NCBI GenBank assembly: GCA_964016885.1
Contig: OZ024751.1
Span: 23,374,001-23,438,000, forward strand
Direction: 5' to 3'
Source of the DNA: Eledone cirrhosa
Taxonomy: Eukaryota
DNA: 64,000 nt
Shown piece by piece: positions 15,476 through 30,996 of this stretch. The position numbers and the translations under genes were made by a program. Below the pieces are notes generated by a model. It made no database searches. It worked only from the letters and a program-made list of their open reading frames with translations, and was not told where the DNA came from. Numbering within the stretch: the first letter of the stretch is position 1; each line of letters starts with the position of its first letter.

Positions 15476-16697
15476 CATAATTACAAACAAATTCAGATAG
15501 AACAAAATTATCCAATAGGTAACAGTGGGTGTTATGTGTGTGTGTTGGAGGGGGGGGGGCACATTCTATGGCAACAGTAGGGTACACAACTACATCAAAC
15601 ACAACCACAAGGATATGGTCCAAACGTGGAAGAGCCGAACTCCCACTAGCATCGCCTCCATCTCTCTTATCCAATTATATCTGGAGTTTGAAAAAAACAC
15701 AATACTGACTTGAATATCAAAGAAATGATCCTCAAGTGATGCAAACAATCCAAAAATATGACATGATGTTGCAGCTTATCTATAGTTAGATATCGGTAAA
15801 CTATCAATATTTGAAATCAGTGATATATAGTAAATGCCGGGACTTTAAAAGCATTTCATAAAGCACGAGAGAATTTGATAATTCCTTAGTTTTTTAGTAG
15901 GCATAATCATACATTCTCATTAATAGATATTTTTGATTTTTCTTATTATTTTTTAACATTATTCTCTGTCATTTTTCAAATCTATCCCTTTTTATTATAC
16001 CTTATGTTTACATGAAGTATTGGGTCGTCAAGTATGAAATTTGTAGAAATTTCTACAAAAGAAACAAATTTCTACAAATTTCATACTTGACAACGCAATA
16101 CAATGCTTTCATATTTAACTATTCACCAAAAGCATTCACATTCTTCTTATTTCTTCTTTCAGCTTTAACTCATTATATCTGCTTCTGACTGTTATTTTGA
16201 AACGTGGGAGGAAACCGTAAGTTACGATATATTAACGTTAATAGACTATATTAAACTATATTGTGTATATATTTTAATCTATTGCAAGTGTGAAGGATTT
16301 CATTCTGTTTGTGTAAACATCTATCACTTATATATACATACACACACACACGCACACACGCGCACCCCCCACACACGTATATATATACATATATATATAT
16401 ACACACATATATGTATGATGATGAATGCGTGTATCTTCATAGGAATCGTTTTTGCCTTCAAATATAAATGGTATCGTATATCCAGTGATCTGACGTACGT
16501 AATCCAATATGTCTGTACATGTGCAGCGGCAAGCGCTCAATGGACTAAAAGAAGACCAGAGCAATAAACATAGGTTATAGAGGCCAAACAAACTGAAAAT
16601 GGCGGTCAAGAAGCCATCAGCTACCGAAGCCAAAAAACGAAGCAAGCTAAACAGGTCAAACGAAAGAATTTACCTATATATATATATATATATATAT

Positions 16698-16828
16698 GAA
16701 TTAGCCGTCGAAACGGCTTGAGCTCAGCTGTCGGGGTCTTACTGGTTCCTATTACCCACTCTACTACCTCAAGTATTGAGTACTTTGGTGCGTTATGGTC
16801 CACCTGGTTCCTTACCACATTTCCTTCG

Positions 16829-16832
<4 letters not shown>
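16698..16832 (+). repeat. Family T element in (TA)n
   Basis: GAATTAGCCGTCGAAACGGCTTGAGCTCAG..tail; matches other T copies. Confidence 0.85.
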
Positions 16833-16865
<33 letters not shown>

Positions 16866-16915
16866 TAATGAAATGACAGGAGGCTGGATTTGTGTAAATC
16901 CTTGAAAGGTTTATT

Positions 16916-16973
16916 ATACTATGATCATTTCAATGACCGGGTTCCGTATGAATCCGGTGATATCATCAGGTAT
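16916..16973 (-). ncRNA. Type I hammerhead ribozyme (D)
   Basis: Reverse complement of 17088-17145. Confidence 0.75.
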
Positions 16974-17087
16974 TCGAAATATGATACGTGAATGTAATAG
17001 ATAAAATCCATGGGGCTGAAAATCCAGGACCCGAGGGCGACTGCTATTCATGGATTTTATCTATTACAATCACGTATTATATTTCGA

Positions 17088-17145
17088 ATACCTGATGATA
17101 TCACCGGATTCATACGGAACCCGGTCATTGAAATGATCATAGTAT
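17088..17145 (+). ncRNA. Type I hammerhead ribozyme (D)
   Basis: ATAC CTGATGA TATCACCGG..CCGGTCATT GAAA T GATC ATA^GTAT; palindromic loop III GATC. Confidence 0.78.
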
Positions 17146-17639
17146 AATAAACCTTTCAAGGATTTATACAAATCCAGCCTCCTGTCATTTCATTATAATA
17201 TTTAACTCCGTAATAGCACCACCAACTAGAGAGAGAGTCGGTTTCTAACATAGACACAAGATTCTTTCATTAGAATTAACTCAGCATAAACTAGGTAGAT
17301 ATGTATGCATGTCTGCATGCATGTTTGTGCAGGTATGGATGTTATTGTATGTGTAGATGTGTATGTTTTGAGTTGTATGTATGCATGTGCATATGTTTTG
17401 TATCTGTATATGTGTATATGCAGTTATTAGATGCAGAATTTTTGGAATGTTTTACATATTTCTATTATTCCATTAATGGATTTTACTTGTAATTTTCTAT
17501 GTATGTATGTATGTATGTATGTATGTATGTATGTATGTATGTATGTATGTATGTATGTATGTATGTATGTATAGGCATTGCTTTATATCTGGAGATCTCT
17601 CTGCACTTGTCGTCACATGGTACCATGGGCCCAGCACTA

Positions 17640-17805
17640 TGGGTCAATAATTGTCAAAAGTGTAGTGTTTGTAACAGAGTTTTCAAGTCGCTGGCTGGAC
17701 TAAAAAGTCACACTCGTTCAGCGCATCGGTAGGGGTTCTCCTACATGGATATAAAGTAGTGGCCGTACTCGAAAACGAGTTGGCAGCCACCATGTATGTA
17801 TGTAA
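17640..17805 (+). mobile_element. RTE-type LINE 3' end with C2H2 motif and (TATG)n tail
   Basis: CSVCNRVFKSLAGLKSHTRSAH*, short UTR, then ATGTATGTATG; clade assignment is from memory. Confidence 0.6.
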
Positions 17806-18621
17806 GTATGCATGTATGGATGCACATGATTATGAATACTTGTGCATATATTCCTGGAACAAACATCTCTTTGAGAGTTCAAATTTCAATTTCTCTCTGT
17901 GATGGCAAATATTTTGCCACTAACTTCCAACATTAAAAACAAACTTTCTTTCCCAAATTATTACATTATTGCGATAAAAAAAAACACCACATTTTTCATA
18001 GAATACCAGTTACAACAATAGAACTCTTTTATTACATAAATATATTGTGTGAGAGGAAATCATCCTCTGAGTCACTCACTAGCAATATAATTACTTGGAA
18101 ACTATGTTTAGAAGGCCATTAATAAGAATATTATTTCATAAAAACAAAACAAAAACGAAACCATATTATGTCTTATCACTTCAGTAAAGAATTATATTTC
18201 ATTCTTAAATGAAAATAAATTTCTCATTGAGTGGATATTGAAAACAAAAATAAAAATAAAAATAAAACCATGCTATTGTTAGATTAAGAAATAAATGCCA
18301 GTTTTGTTGTGAGTCAGTCTTTGTTTACCATATATAGGCGTGTATATATGTGTGTGTGTGTCTTCATATGGTCAGCTTGTTTACAGTAATCAATATTAAA
18401 TCTTCATTTCAATATTTCTGAAGCAAATACACTTCACTCAACATAAAATCAACAACTTAAATACCATTCAATTTTAACTAATATGAAACAAACAACTCCT
18501 TGTAATAGCAATAGAAACACCATGTTGGTGTGGATCCGTAATTCCTTATGGAGACGCAAGGACGTGTCATGACACGCACACAGACACACGCACACACACA
18601 CACACAGGCACACGCACACAC

Positions 18622-18754
<133 letters not shown>

Positions 18755-18769
18755 AGTTATAATAATAAT

Positions 18770-18862
18770 AATCGTTTCTACGTTAGGCACAAGGCCAGCA
18801 ATTACCCAGTGTATTACTGGTACTTTATTTTATCGACCCGTAAGGATGAAAGGCAAAGTTAT
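18770..18862 (-). mobile_element. SINE 3' fragment
   Basis: Reverse complement of the SINE body. Confidence 0.8.
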
Positions 18863-19180
18863 AATAATAATAATAATAAAAAGGACGATTTGTTATGTCT
18901 TCATTACGTTTATTGAGTAGTGACGCGCAGTTCGCTATTGATCAGCTCAAGGTTCGATCTGTATCGATCTAGTCCGACTCTGGAATCAAAAGCTCGTCGT
19001 ACTTCTGCTGTCGTATGGACAGATTGAACCTGTAGGGCTTCTAACGATTCACATTCATTTATTATTATAATTACACTCTGCTTAGTTTTACACCTCTTTA
19101 CCGACTGGAAACTACGCATCGAGTGTTCATTCGGGTGAACGTACAGCAAATGGACTTTACATCCCCCCTATATATATATT

Positions 19181-19245
<65 letters not shown>

Positions 19246-19285
19246 GATATTAAACAAATGGAAACTACATTTATAAAACCATATT

Positions 19286-19351
19286 TATTTCATTATATAT
19301 ATTTCAGGGATATCATATTAAAAATATGGTATGCCCTCTTCAGACAAAATA
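19286..19351 (-). ncRNA. Minimal type I hammerhead ribozyme (B2) within element ~19245-19575
   Basis: TATTTTGT CTGAAGA GGGCATACCATA..TATGATATCCCT GAAA T ATAT ATA ATGAAATA. Confidence 0.75.
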
Positions 19352-19571
19352 CAATATATAAACAGTTTTATAAATAAATTTGACATACCTTAAAACTTTA
19401 CAACTTCCATTTAAAAAGTTGTTATGGTAGTGAAAATGTTAAGGACAGTTAGAAAGAAAGACGGAGAGAAAAAAAAAGAAAGAAAGTGTATAGTGCTAAG
19501 GACAGTTAGAGAGGAAGGTGAAGAAGATTTATTTACTCGTTGTAACCCAACAATTTTAAATAAAACTTTTG

Positions 19572-19633
<62 letters not shown>

Positions 19634-19641
<8 letters not shown>

Positions 19642-20198
19642 TAAAAAAATAATGAATAAAACAATGAAACAGTTCCTTATATTAAACAAAAAAAGTTCAT
19701 TATTTAACGATCGTTTCTAGGATATATATGTGTTAGAATTGGCATGCATATTCAACAGATCTATGTACAAAATTATACAAAATTATACAAACTATCAAAA
19801 TTAAATATACATACCAACACATATATATGCCGTCTTCAGAAATAATCAAAATAATATTTCTGAAGACGGCATATATATGTGTTGGTATGTATATTTAATT
19901 TTGATAGTTTGTATAATTTTGTATAATTTTGTACATAGATCTGTTGAATATGCATGCCAATTCTAACACATATATATCCTAGAAACGATCGTTAAATAAT
20001 GAACTTTTTTTGTTTAATATAAGGAACTGTTTCATTGTTTTATTCATTATTTTTTAAATATTTTATCTTGACTCTGTATTCCGTTTATCTTTCACCGAAA
20101 GTGATTTTTCATTGCATCTCTTCTTTCCATGATATCCGGATTACATTGAGTTCTTCATACGGATTGGACACTACCGTAAACTCTTGGTAGATTTATCT

Positions 20199-20205
<7 letters not shown>
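19634..20205. mobile_element. Fold-back palindrome family E (arms ~19634-19844/19855-20065) plus tail
   Basis: ~210-bp near-perfect inverted arms flanked by (TA)n. Confidence 0.9.
19855..19998 (+). ncRNA. Type I hammerhead with 115-nt extended stem II (E); mirror copy at 19701-19844 on minus
   Basis: TATTT CTGAAGA CGGCATATATATGTGTTGG..CTAACACATATATATCCTA GAAA C GATC GTT^AAATA. Confidence 0.7.
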
Positions 20206-20290
<85 letters not shown>

Positions 20291-21417
20291 ATGTGTGTGT
20301 GTGTGTGTGTGTTTGGTTATGTTGGATTTTAGCAATATATATTCTGGTAAAGATGACAGCTCTATTCTATTCAATAGCCTTGGTCTAACAGTAATCGAAA
20401 AAAGCTGAGATTAGTAGATTTTGCTATATTGAGGTATGGCCCACCGTTATACATTGATACCTATGCATAAATAGTTTAGAATTCATTTGTACTGTATCTT
20501 GTAACAATATAGTAAAGGAGATATATCTAAATAATCATTAAATATGTTAGCTAGAAATCAAAACTGAAACTTATATTTATTATATCTTTTAGAAATGTGA
20601 TATGATGTTGAAAACAAAAATTTCGATTGATTATAAAGTTCTTGAATGCAATTTACATTTCATAAACAAGGAAACCTTGATTAATACAAATGGAGCAAGT
20701 TGTGTCATTGAAATAAAATCTCTAAATAAATTCTATCGATAAACCTTCCAATATTGTCTAACTGAGAAGACTATGACTGAAATAATGAGAGATAAATCAT
20801 TATTTTTTTGCTTCGCAAAAATCAATGTCGAGTAAATAAATTCCTTTGAATATAAGTCATGTAGAGAAATATCGGATTAACTTCTAGATATTTATAAAAG
20901 GTCAAACTAAATATATTTTCAAGATACCAAAGTATAACCAAGGTCGGGAGGATAAACAGTGTGACCTTTACATATTTATCCCGTCAAGAATTCCTATTCA
21001 CGTTAAGATGTTTATCTACAGCAAATCAGTGACGAGAAAGTAGATTCTTTTATTTTTCTTAATAATTCCTTAAAAAAAAAAAAAAAAAAAAAAATGACTG
21101 GTGTCAGTACGAGTTTATAAAAAAAGGAGATATCTAGTATAAAAATGCTGAATCGTATTTTTACAAGAGCTGACGTGTATACTATGCCTTGTCACGTTAT
21201 TCAGGCGTTGATAATTTGTAGTTTACTCTGAAAGAAAGAACAAATAGCAAACGTCCTCTCACATTTAAACATAGTGGAGTTCATCACTTTCTTTTTCTCC
21301 CTCTCCAGCTCTGGAGAGAGAGAGAGACACACACACAGAGTGAGTGAGAGAGAGAGAGAGAGAGAGAGAAGGAGAGAGAGGGAGAGAGAGAGAGATAGAG
21401 CGAGAGAGAGAGAAAGA

Positions 21418-21450
<33 letters not shown>

Positions 21451-21474
21451 TAGAAAATGATATAAAAGATGAAT

Positions 21475-21620
21475 GAACCAGTAATAGATAAATACTTTAT
21501 TTACTGACCCCAAAAGGATAAAAAGCAAAGTTGATCGTAGCGGGAATTGAAATCAGGTCAAAAAATCCAGAACTAATACTGCAGAGTATTCTATCGAACG
21601 CTTTAACATTCGGGCCAGTT
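21475..21620 (-). mobile_element. Old diverged SINE copy
   Basis: TACTTTATTTACTGACCCCAAAAGGATAAAAAGCAAAGTTGA resembles the SINE body. Confidence 0.55.
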
Positions 21621-21628
21621 CGTATATA

Positions 21629-21702
<74 letters not shown>

Positions 21703-21704
21703 TA

Positions 21705-21778
21705 CAAGGTGACCCAAAAATGTATACACACTTCAACAGTATTCTAATAAAAATGTGTATACAATCTTTGGGGACACC

Positions 21779-21781
<3 letters not shown>
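21705..21781. mobile_element. Tiny Tc1/mariner-type MITE remnant
   Basis: TA-CAAGGTGACCCAAAAATGTATACAC..GTGTATACAATCTTTGGGGACACCCTG; ~26-bp imperfect TIRs of the CAGGGTGTCCCAAA type. Confidence 0.6.
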
Positions 21782-21824
<43 letters not shown>

Positions 21825-21914
21825 GCATATATATATATATGTATATATATATATGTATGCATATATACACATGTATACATATACATACACACACATATTA
21901 TGTGTATATATATA

Positions 21915-21980
<66 letters not shown>

Positions 21981-22317
21981 TACTAGTCCATTACATGTAT
22001 AATCGATAGAGTCATGTTGAAGGATGTTAGCATTCTATTACTATGTAATGACTACAGGCTATTAATGTATTTAGTTGTATTTGGTTACCATGATGGTGAC
22101 TCGTATATGTTCTCCTATTTCATATTGGAGAGTATTGGGAAAAAGGAAACCGAACAATGTCTTCCATGAAGATATTGTAAATAAACTTCAGAGGTCAGAC
22201 AACAGACAGCAGATGACAGCAGTCATGGCGTATGTTTTACATACACACACAAAATGGCATATATCTTGAAACGTACGCAAAGACGCATAGAGGATAGACA
22301 CAGAAGCTCACACAGAA

Positions 22318-22349
<32 letters not shown>

Positions 22350-22399
22350 GCTTGTGTGTGACCTTCTGTGTCTATACACACACATATACACACGCACAC

Positions 22400-22457
<58 letters not shown>

Positions 22458-23061
22458 TTGTGTGTGAGCCTCTGTGTCTACATCACACACACACACACAT
22501 TCACACGCACACGTATATATATATATATATATAAAAACCTACAAAAATAAATACATATATACTGAAATGTACATATACAAGGAAATATAGAAAAAAAATT
22601 TAACACACGAAAAATAGACACAGAAACTCGCACACAAACTTATTCATATCTACGAACGTGCGCAGAGCCGCACACAAAATAGACAGAAGCACATACACAA
22701 ACATACTCATACCTACAAATGTACACACAAGGACACACACATACACAGAAGAAAAAAACAACAAAATAAACAGACACGAATAAAGACGCAAACACATACA
22801 AATACACATATACACGCACATATTCATATAAACCTCATCTAGAGAGAAAAAAATATTGCTACATATTCATGCATTTTATATTCGCTTTCCGTTGTAGATT
22901 TCGTTTAACGCTATATTCTGCTTTCATTGCTTTTCATTCATTTTTGTAGAAGGAAGTTATTTCTATGATAGATTGACTTAATTTCTTCTTTTGATTTTGT
23001 AATTATATATATTATGTTTATACTTTTATTTTATATATATGTATATATATATATATATATG

Positions 23062-23145
<84 letters not shown>

Positions 23146-23183
23146 ATTAAATAAATGGAAAACTATATTTATAAAACCATATT

Positions 23184-23249
23184 TATTTCATTATATATAT
23201 TTCGGGGATATCATATTAACAATATGCTATGCCTTCATCAGACAAAATA
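23184..23249 (-). ncRNA. Minimal type I hammerhead ribozyme (B2)
   Basis: Mirror of 23405-23470. Confidence 0.78.
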
Positions 23250-23404
23250 CAATATAAACAGTTTTATAGACAAATAGGTTCGACATACCGTTATAACACC
23301 GACTTCATTTGAAGAGGTTTACTCAGCCAGAGTAAACCTCTTCAAATGAAGTCGGTGTTATAACGGTATGTCGAACCTATTTGTCTATAAAACTGTTTAT
23401 ATTG

Positions 23405-23470
23405 TATTTTGTCTGATGAAGGCATAGCATATTGTTAATATGATATCCCCGAAATATATATAATGAAATA
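23405..23470 (+). ncRNA. Minimal type I hammerhead ribozyme (B2)
   Basis: TATTTTGT CTGATGA AGGCATAGCATATT-GTT-AATATGATATCCCC GAAA T ATAT ATA ATGAAATA. Confidence 0.78.
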
Positions 23471-23612
23471 AATATGGTTTTATAAATATAGTTTTCCATT
23501 TATTTAATATTGTAAATATACTCCAAATATTTGTCGAGTGCTTTTATACCAGTTATAAATATTTACTAGTTGTAACCCAACAATTTAAAATATAACTTTC
23601 CATATATATATA

Positions 23613-24229
<617 letters not shown>

Positions 24230-24259
24230 AGATCAAAAGATGGTTAAAGGAGTTCCATG

Positions 24260-24328
24260 TATTTTATTATGCGCATTTCAAAAACAAACATCATCATGTA
24301 ATAATATTTGTGTTTTCATCAGATAATA
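24260..24328 (-). ncRNA. Type I hammerhead ribozyme (F)
   Basis: TTAT CTGATGA AAACACAAATATTAT..ATGATGTTTGTTTTT GAAA T GCGC ATA ATAAAATA; homologous to 48946-49016. Confidence 0.72.
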
Positions 24329-24382
24329 TATATATATATATATATATTATAAATATAGTTTTATTATTGTAATATATATGTG

Positions 24383-24465
<83 letters not shown>

Positions 24466-24502
24466 GTCTGTATATACTGTATATATATATTTTTACATAT
24501 TG

Positions 24503-24570
24503 CCTTGTCTGACGAACGAATGCGGACGTTTCTTGTATTCGACTTATTCGGGAAACCTCTGGTAATGAGG
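24503..24570 (+). ncRNA. Type I hammerhead ribozyme (G)
   Basis: CCTTGT CTGACGA ACGAATG..TATTCGG GAAA CC TCT G GTA^ATGAGG; second copy at 31680-31748. Confidence 0.65.
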
Positions 24571-24596
24571 TAATTATATTGTATTGTTTATTATAC

Positions 24597-24680
<84 letters not shown>

Positions 24681-24742
24681 TATGTCTGTATATCTATATA
24701 TTTATACTCACACACACGCACACACACACATATATATATATT

Positions 24743-24785
<43 letters not shown>

Positions 24786-25151
24786 TGTGAGTGTATATTC
24801 ATATATCATATAGTTTTGTTATCAATCAAAGTATTTATAGAAGAAAAACGAAGAACGTATTCTTCAAACAACTTGGAACGCCTAATATTAAACACGAGGA
24901 ACACATTAGTCAAAATTAAGTTCAGATATTAAATATAGATAAATATTCTTAGAAACTGTATGTATGTATGTATGTATGTATGTATGTATGTATGTATGGT
25001 ATATATGTATGTGCGTATATGCGCGCGTCTGTGTATACATATATACGTACACATACTTGCAGGAATAAATATCTATGTATATATGTATATATGTAAGTAT
25101 ATAAATCTCTCTCTCCCTCCCTCTCTCTCTCTCTCCCTTTCTCTCTCTCTC

Positions 25152-25199
<48 letters not shown>

Positions 25200-25284
25200 T
25201 ATATATATATATACATATATATATACATATATATATGTATATATATATATATGTAAATATATATATATATTTATATATATACAG

Positions 25285-25355
<71 letters not shown>

Positions 25356-25890
25356 ATACATACATACATATAATACATACACACATATGTATTTATGTAT
25401 GTGTGTCTGAGTAGCTCGCCCTCCTACCGTGTGTAGAGATGTAACTCATATATATATGTATTATATGTGTGTGAGTATGTATATATGTATTATATGTATG
25501 TGTATATATATGTGTTTATATATACATATGTGTATAGTTTATATATCATTTATTTAATGGTTATATATTTTATAGATATAATTTGGTTTTCCTTTCGAAA
25601 TTTAGAAATAGTCATAATTCATTTTATTTAACTTAAGATAAAAGTTGATACGCCGTTTATCAATTTTCAGTCGGCTATGGTATCGCTTCGTTTAATCGTC
25701 ATTCGAACTATATATATATATGTATATAAATGTACATACATACTTACACATACATACATAAACACATATATATTCATACAAATATATATATATACAGTAT
25801 AGTAATAATAATAAAATTGAAGACTAAAATCCAGAGAAGGCTCGATAAGGAAAATATATATCAAATATATAAGAACCGAAGAGCATAGAT

Positions 25891-25945
<55 letters not shown>

Positions 25946-26015
25946 TCTCTCACTCTCCCTCTCTCTCCCTCTCTCTCTCTCTATCTCTCTCCCTCTCTCT
26001 CTCTATCTCTCTCTC

Positions 26016-26364
<349 letters not shown>

Positions 26365-26520
26365 ATATATATATGTATATACCAACTCATAATATTATAA
26401 TATTATAAAATTAAATCAAATTATTTAAAACTACAAGTGAGTTATTCTTTTCCTTTTTTTCAAATATATATATACACACACACATATATATATATGTATA
26501 TGTATATGTGTATATATATA

Positions 26521-26714
26521 TAGGAACAAGTATGACCCCGACGGCAGACCTCAAGCCGTTTCGACGGCTAATTCTGGACTGAATTAGCCGTCGAAACGGC
26601 TTGAGCTCTGCCGTCGGGGTCATACTTTTTCCTATTTCCCACTCTACTACCCTAAATATTGAATACTTTGGTGCGTTATGGTCCATCTGGTTCCTTACCA
26701 TATTTCCTTCGTTA
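26521..26714. mobile_element. Family T fold-back palindrome plus tail
   Basis: Centre GGCTAATTC-TGGACT-GAATTAGCC. Confidence 0.85.
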
Positions 26715-26724
26715 TCTATATATA

Positions 26725-26849
26725 TATATGCAAAAGTTTTATTTAAAATTGTTGGGTTACAACAAGTAAATATTTTATAACCGATATAAAGCACTCGACA
26801 AGTTTTTGGAGTAGATATACGATATTATAGTTTCCATTTGTTTAATATC

Positions 26850-26852
<3 letters not shown>
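26725..26852 (-). repeat. Family B tail fragment
   Basis: Reverse complement of the B tail (TTGTAACCCAACAATTT..ACTTTTGCA). Confidence 0.75.
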
Positions 26853-28206
<1,354 letters not shown>

Positions 28207-28209
28207 GAA

Positions 28210-28308
<99 letters not shown>

Positions 28309-28463
28309 ACGTGTGCGTATTTGTAATTCTAATTCTATTTTATCGAAACTTAATTCTTTCAATGTTTTGAAAAAATATCGAAGAATGGAAGAAGAGGAAT
28401 AGACCTAATCTTTAGATTAGACCAAGGAGACAATGTTTCCATTGGAAATTTTTACGACTTATA

Positions 28464-28540
<77 letters not shown>

Positions 28541-28545
<5 letters not shown>

Positions 28546-29228
28546 ATGTTGAAAAGGTAACACACTAGAGAGAGATACAGTGCGCACTGTAGCTCTCTCT
28601 TTAAAGAGCTCAGGATTTCCTCTCCTTTGAGCACATTATTTACAGGGAACAGAGAGTCTATGGCTCCGTTAATGTATCGTGATATTTCGCTCCTTATAAC
28701 AGTCTTTCTCCTCTTTCTCTGTTTGGTTGAGCACACTTCTCTGAGTGGTTTTGGGCTGCCCTTTCTAGCAGCTCGTCCCTCAGAGCCCACTGGTTCACTG
28801 CCCTTAAACACGCTGTGACTTCTCTCTCCCATGTGTAGTTGGACGGCCGCTTAAAAATTCTCTTAGTGTTGTCTGAAATGTATAGCCTAACACACGCTGA
28901 TGAACCTGGGTTATTTCATTTCCGTCAACAACTCACTGGCAAAACAGATCACTTTGGATTTGTACGTGTGTTATATAGTTATAGAGGTATTTATTTACGC
29001 TTTAATTTATATTTTTAATTATCGTGTCTATATTCTGCCTTTCATAGGTTATAGATTCCATACACTGGTGGTTTTTCCCTGTTTTATTGATGCCGCACCG
29101 TATCTCTCTCTAGTGTGTTACCTTTTCAACATATTGTATTTTAAAGTGCCCAGAATTTCCTCTTCTTTGAGCACATTATTTACAGGGAACGGCGAGGGTC
29201 TATGGCTCCGTTAATGTATCGTGATATA
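28541..29228 (+). mobile_element. Family R element: 44-bp inverted end, 540-bp unit with directly repeated tail, HHR inside
   Basis: 28541-28584 is inverted relative to 29093-29137; 28603-28685 is directly repeated at 29143-29228. Confidence 0.8.
28888..28973 (+). ncRNA. Type I hammerhead with long stem III, carrying G12A (likely inactive)
   Basis: TAACACACG CTGATGA ACCTGGGTT..AACTCACTGGC AAAA CAGATC-ACTTTG-GATTTG TA^CGTGTGTTA; perfect 9-bp stem I. Confidence 0.7.
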
Positions 29229-29259
29229 TATATATATTTCTGAAAACGATGTATATCAA

Positions 29260-29344
<85 letters not shown>

Positions 29345-29882
29345 CACACACACACACATACACATATATATATACACACACATATTTCAACACCTCAAAC
29401 GCTCACCGACCAGCACGCTAAATACTCTCTCAGGCATAAAAAACCCATGCATACTTGTCCACAAATGCACACACACACATGCACACACAAACACACATAC
29501 ACACACACACACAATTAGACATATAAATACACATATGTACATTCATATAAACATCATCTACAAACAAATGTTATTCCTTTTTCTTGACTTTTTGTTTTTA
29601 TTTTCCGTTATATTCACCACTCAGTTTTTATCACTCATATTAAAGTTGAGTGTACATTGAATAAATTTCTAAATTTTGATCTTTATAAACATTTCTCTGT
29701 ACATTGTTAACCCCTCAAACCCCCGTTTCTTTTATTGATGAAGGTCTAACGACCGATACGTTGCCATTTCACACAAATTATAACCAAGTAGGAATTTTAG
29801 TAATTTGACCTCGTGTTTGTCATCATTGCATTATATTTTTACATCATAGACACGCACACGTATACATACACACACACACTTT

Positions 29883-29932
<50 letters not shown>

Positions 29933-30094
29933 AAATAAATTGATCATCAGATAGAACCAAAGAAACATTTCTTATGATTAGTCTTTCAATTACTAGTAAT
30001 ATCTGCCGGTCATAACTCCTGACAAAAGGAGGAGTGATTTGAAATCGAAACGTCGATGATGATTAAGAGGATGATGACAGAAATGATGATGATA

Positions 30095-30125
<31 letters not shown>

Positions 30126-30269
30126 GAACTATACATAAAAAAAGATGGAGTTGTTATCGACAATTATCTTGTTCTAATGACTAAACTTTCAAGCAATTTT
30201 GATGTCGTAATAATGAGGAAGGAAAAAAGCAATCTGAGATAAAAGAAAAAGAAAACGAGAGAGGGAGCA

Positions 30270-30329
<60 letters not shown>

Positions 30330-30438
30330 ATGGAGCGAAATCAAAGGACAAATTATTACAAGATTCTAATAGATGAAGGATTTCAGTCGCAATTGAATAA
30401 ATCTTTCTTTTGGCTTTATACACACACACACACACACA

Positions 30439-30495
<57 letters not shown>

Positions 30496-30683
30496 TTATA
30501 TATATATATATACATATATATATAAATATATATACATCCATATATTATATATATATAATATTATATTATGTATGTGTATATATATATATATGTTTGTATG
30601 TATGTGTATATATGTGTTTGTGTATATGTATATATATATATGTATGTGTGAATATATATATATGTATGTATTTATATATATAT

Positions 30684-30737
<54 letters not shown>

Positions 30738-30780
30738 ATGTATGTGTATATATATGTATGTGCATATACATATATATGTA

Positions 30781-30873
<93 letters not shown>

Positions 30874-30875
30874 AA

Positions 30876-30943
<68 letters not shown>

Positions 30944-30945
30944 GC

Positions 30946-30996
<51 letters not shown>

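Larger units (their letters stand above)
16861..17300. mobile_element. Fold-back palindrome family D (arms 16861-17012/17049-17200) plus tail
   Basis: 152-bp near-perfect inverted arms with one HHR per arm. Confidence 0.9.
23140..23603. mobile_element. Fold-back palindrome family B2 (185-bp arms 23140-23324/23330-23514) plus tail
   Basis: Arms appear essentially identical, 5-nt loop AGCCA, (TA)n on both sides. Confidence 0.92.

Noticed and set aside
17655-17732. C2H2 zinc-finger host gene
   Set aside because: A single finger followed by a short UTR and simple-repeat tail fits a LINE C-terminus better.
29730-29770. HHR-like TTGATGA-AGGTC-TAAC-GACC-GATA
   Set aside because: Two core mutations and no stem I; at most a dead remnant. 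A similarly weak motif near 39178-39215 was also dropped.
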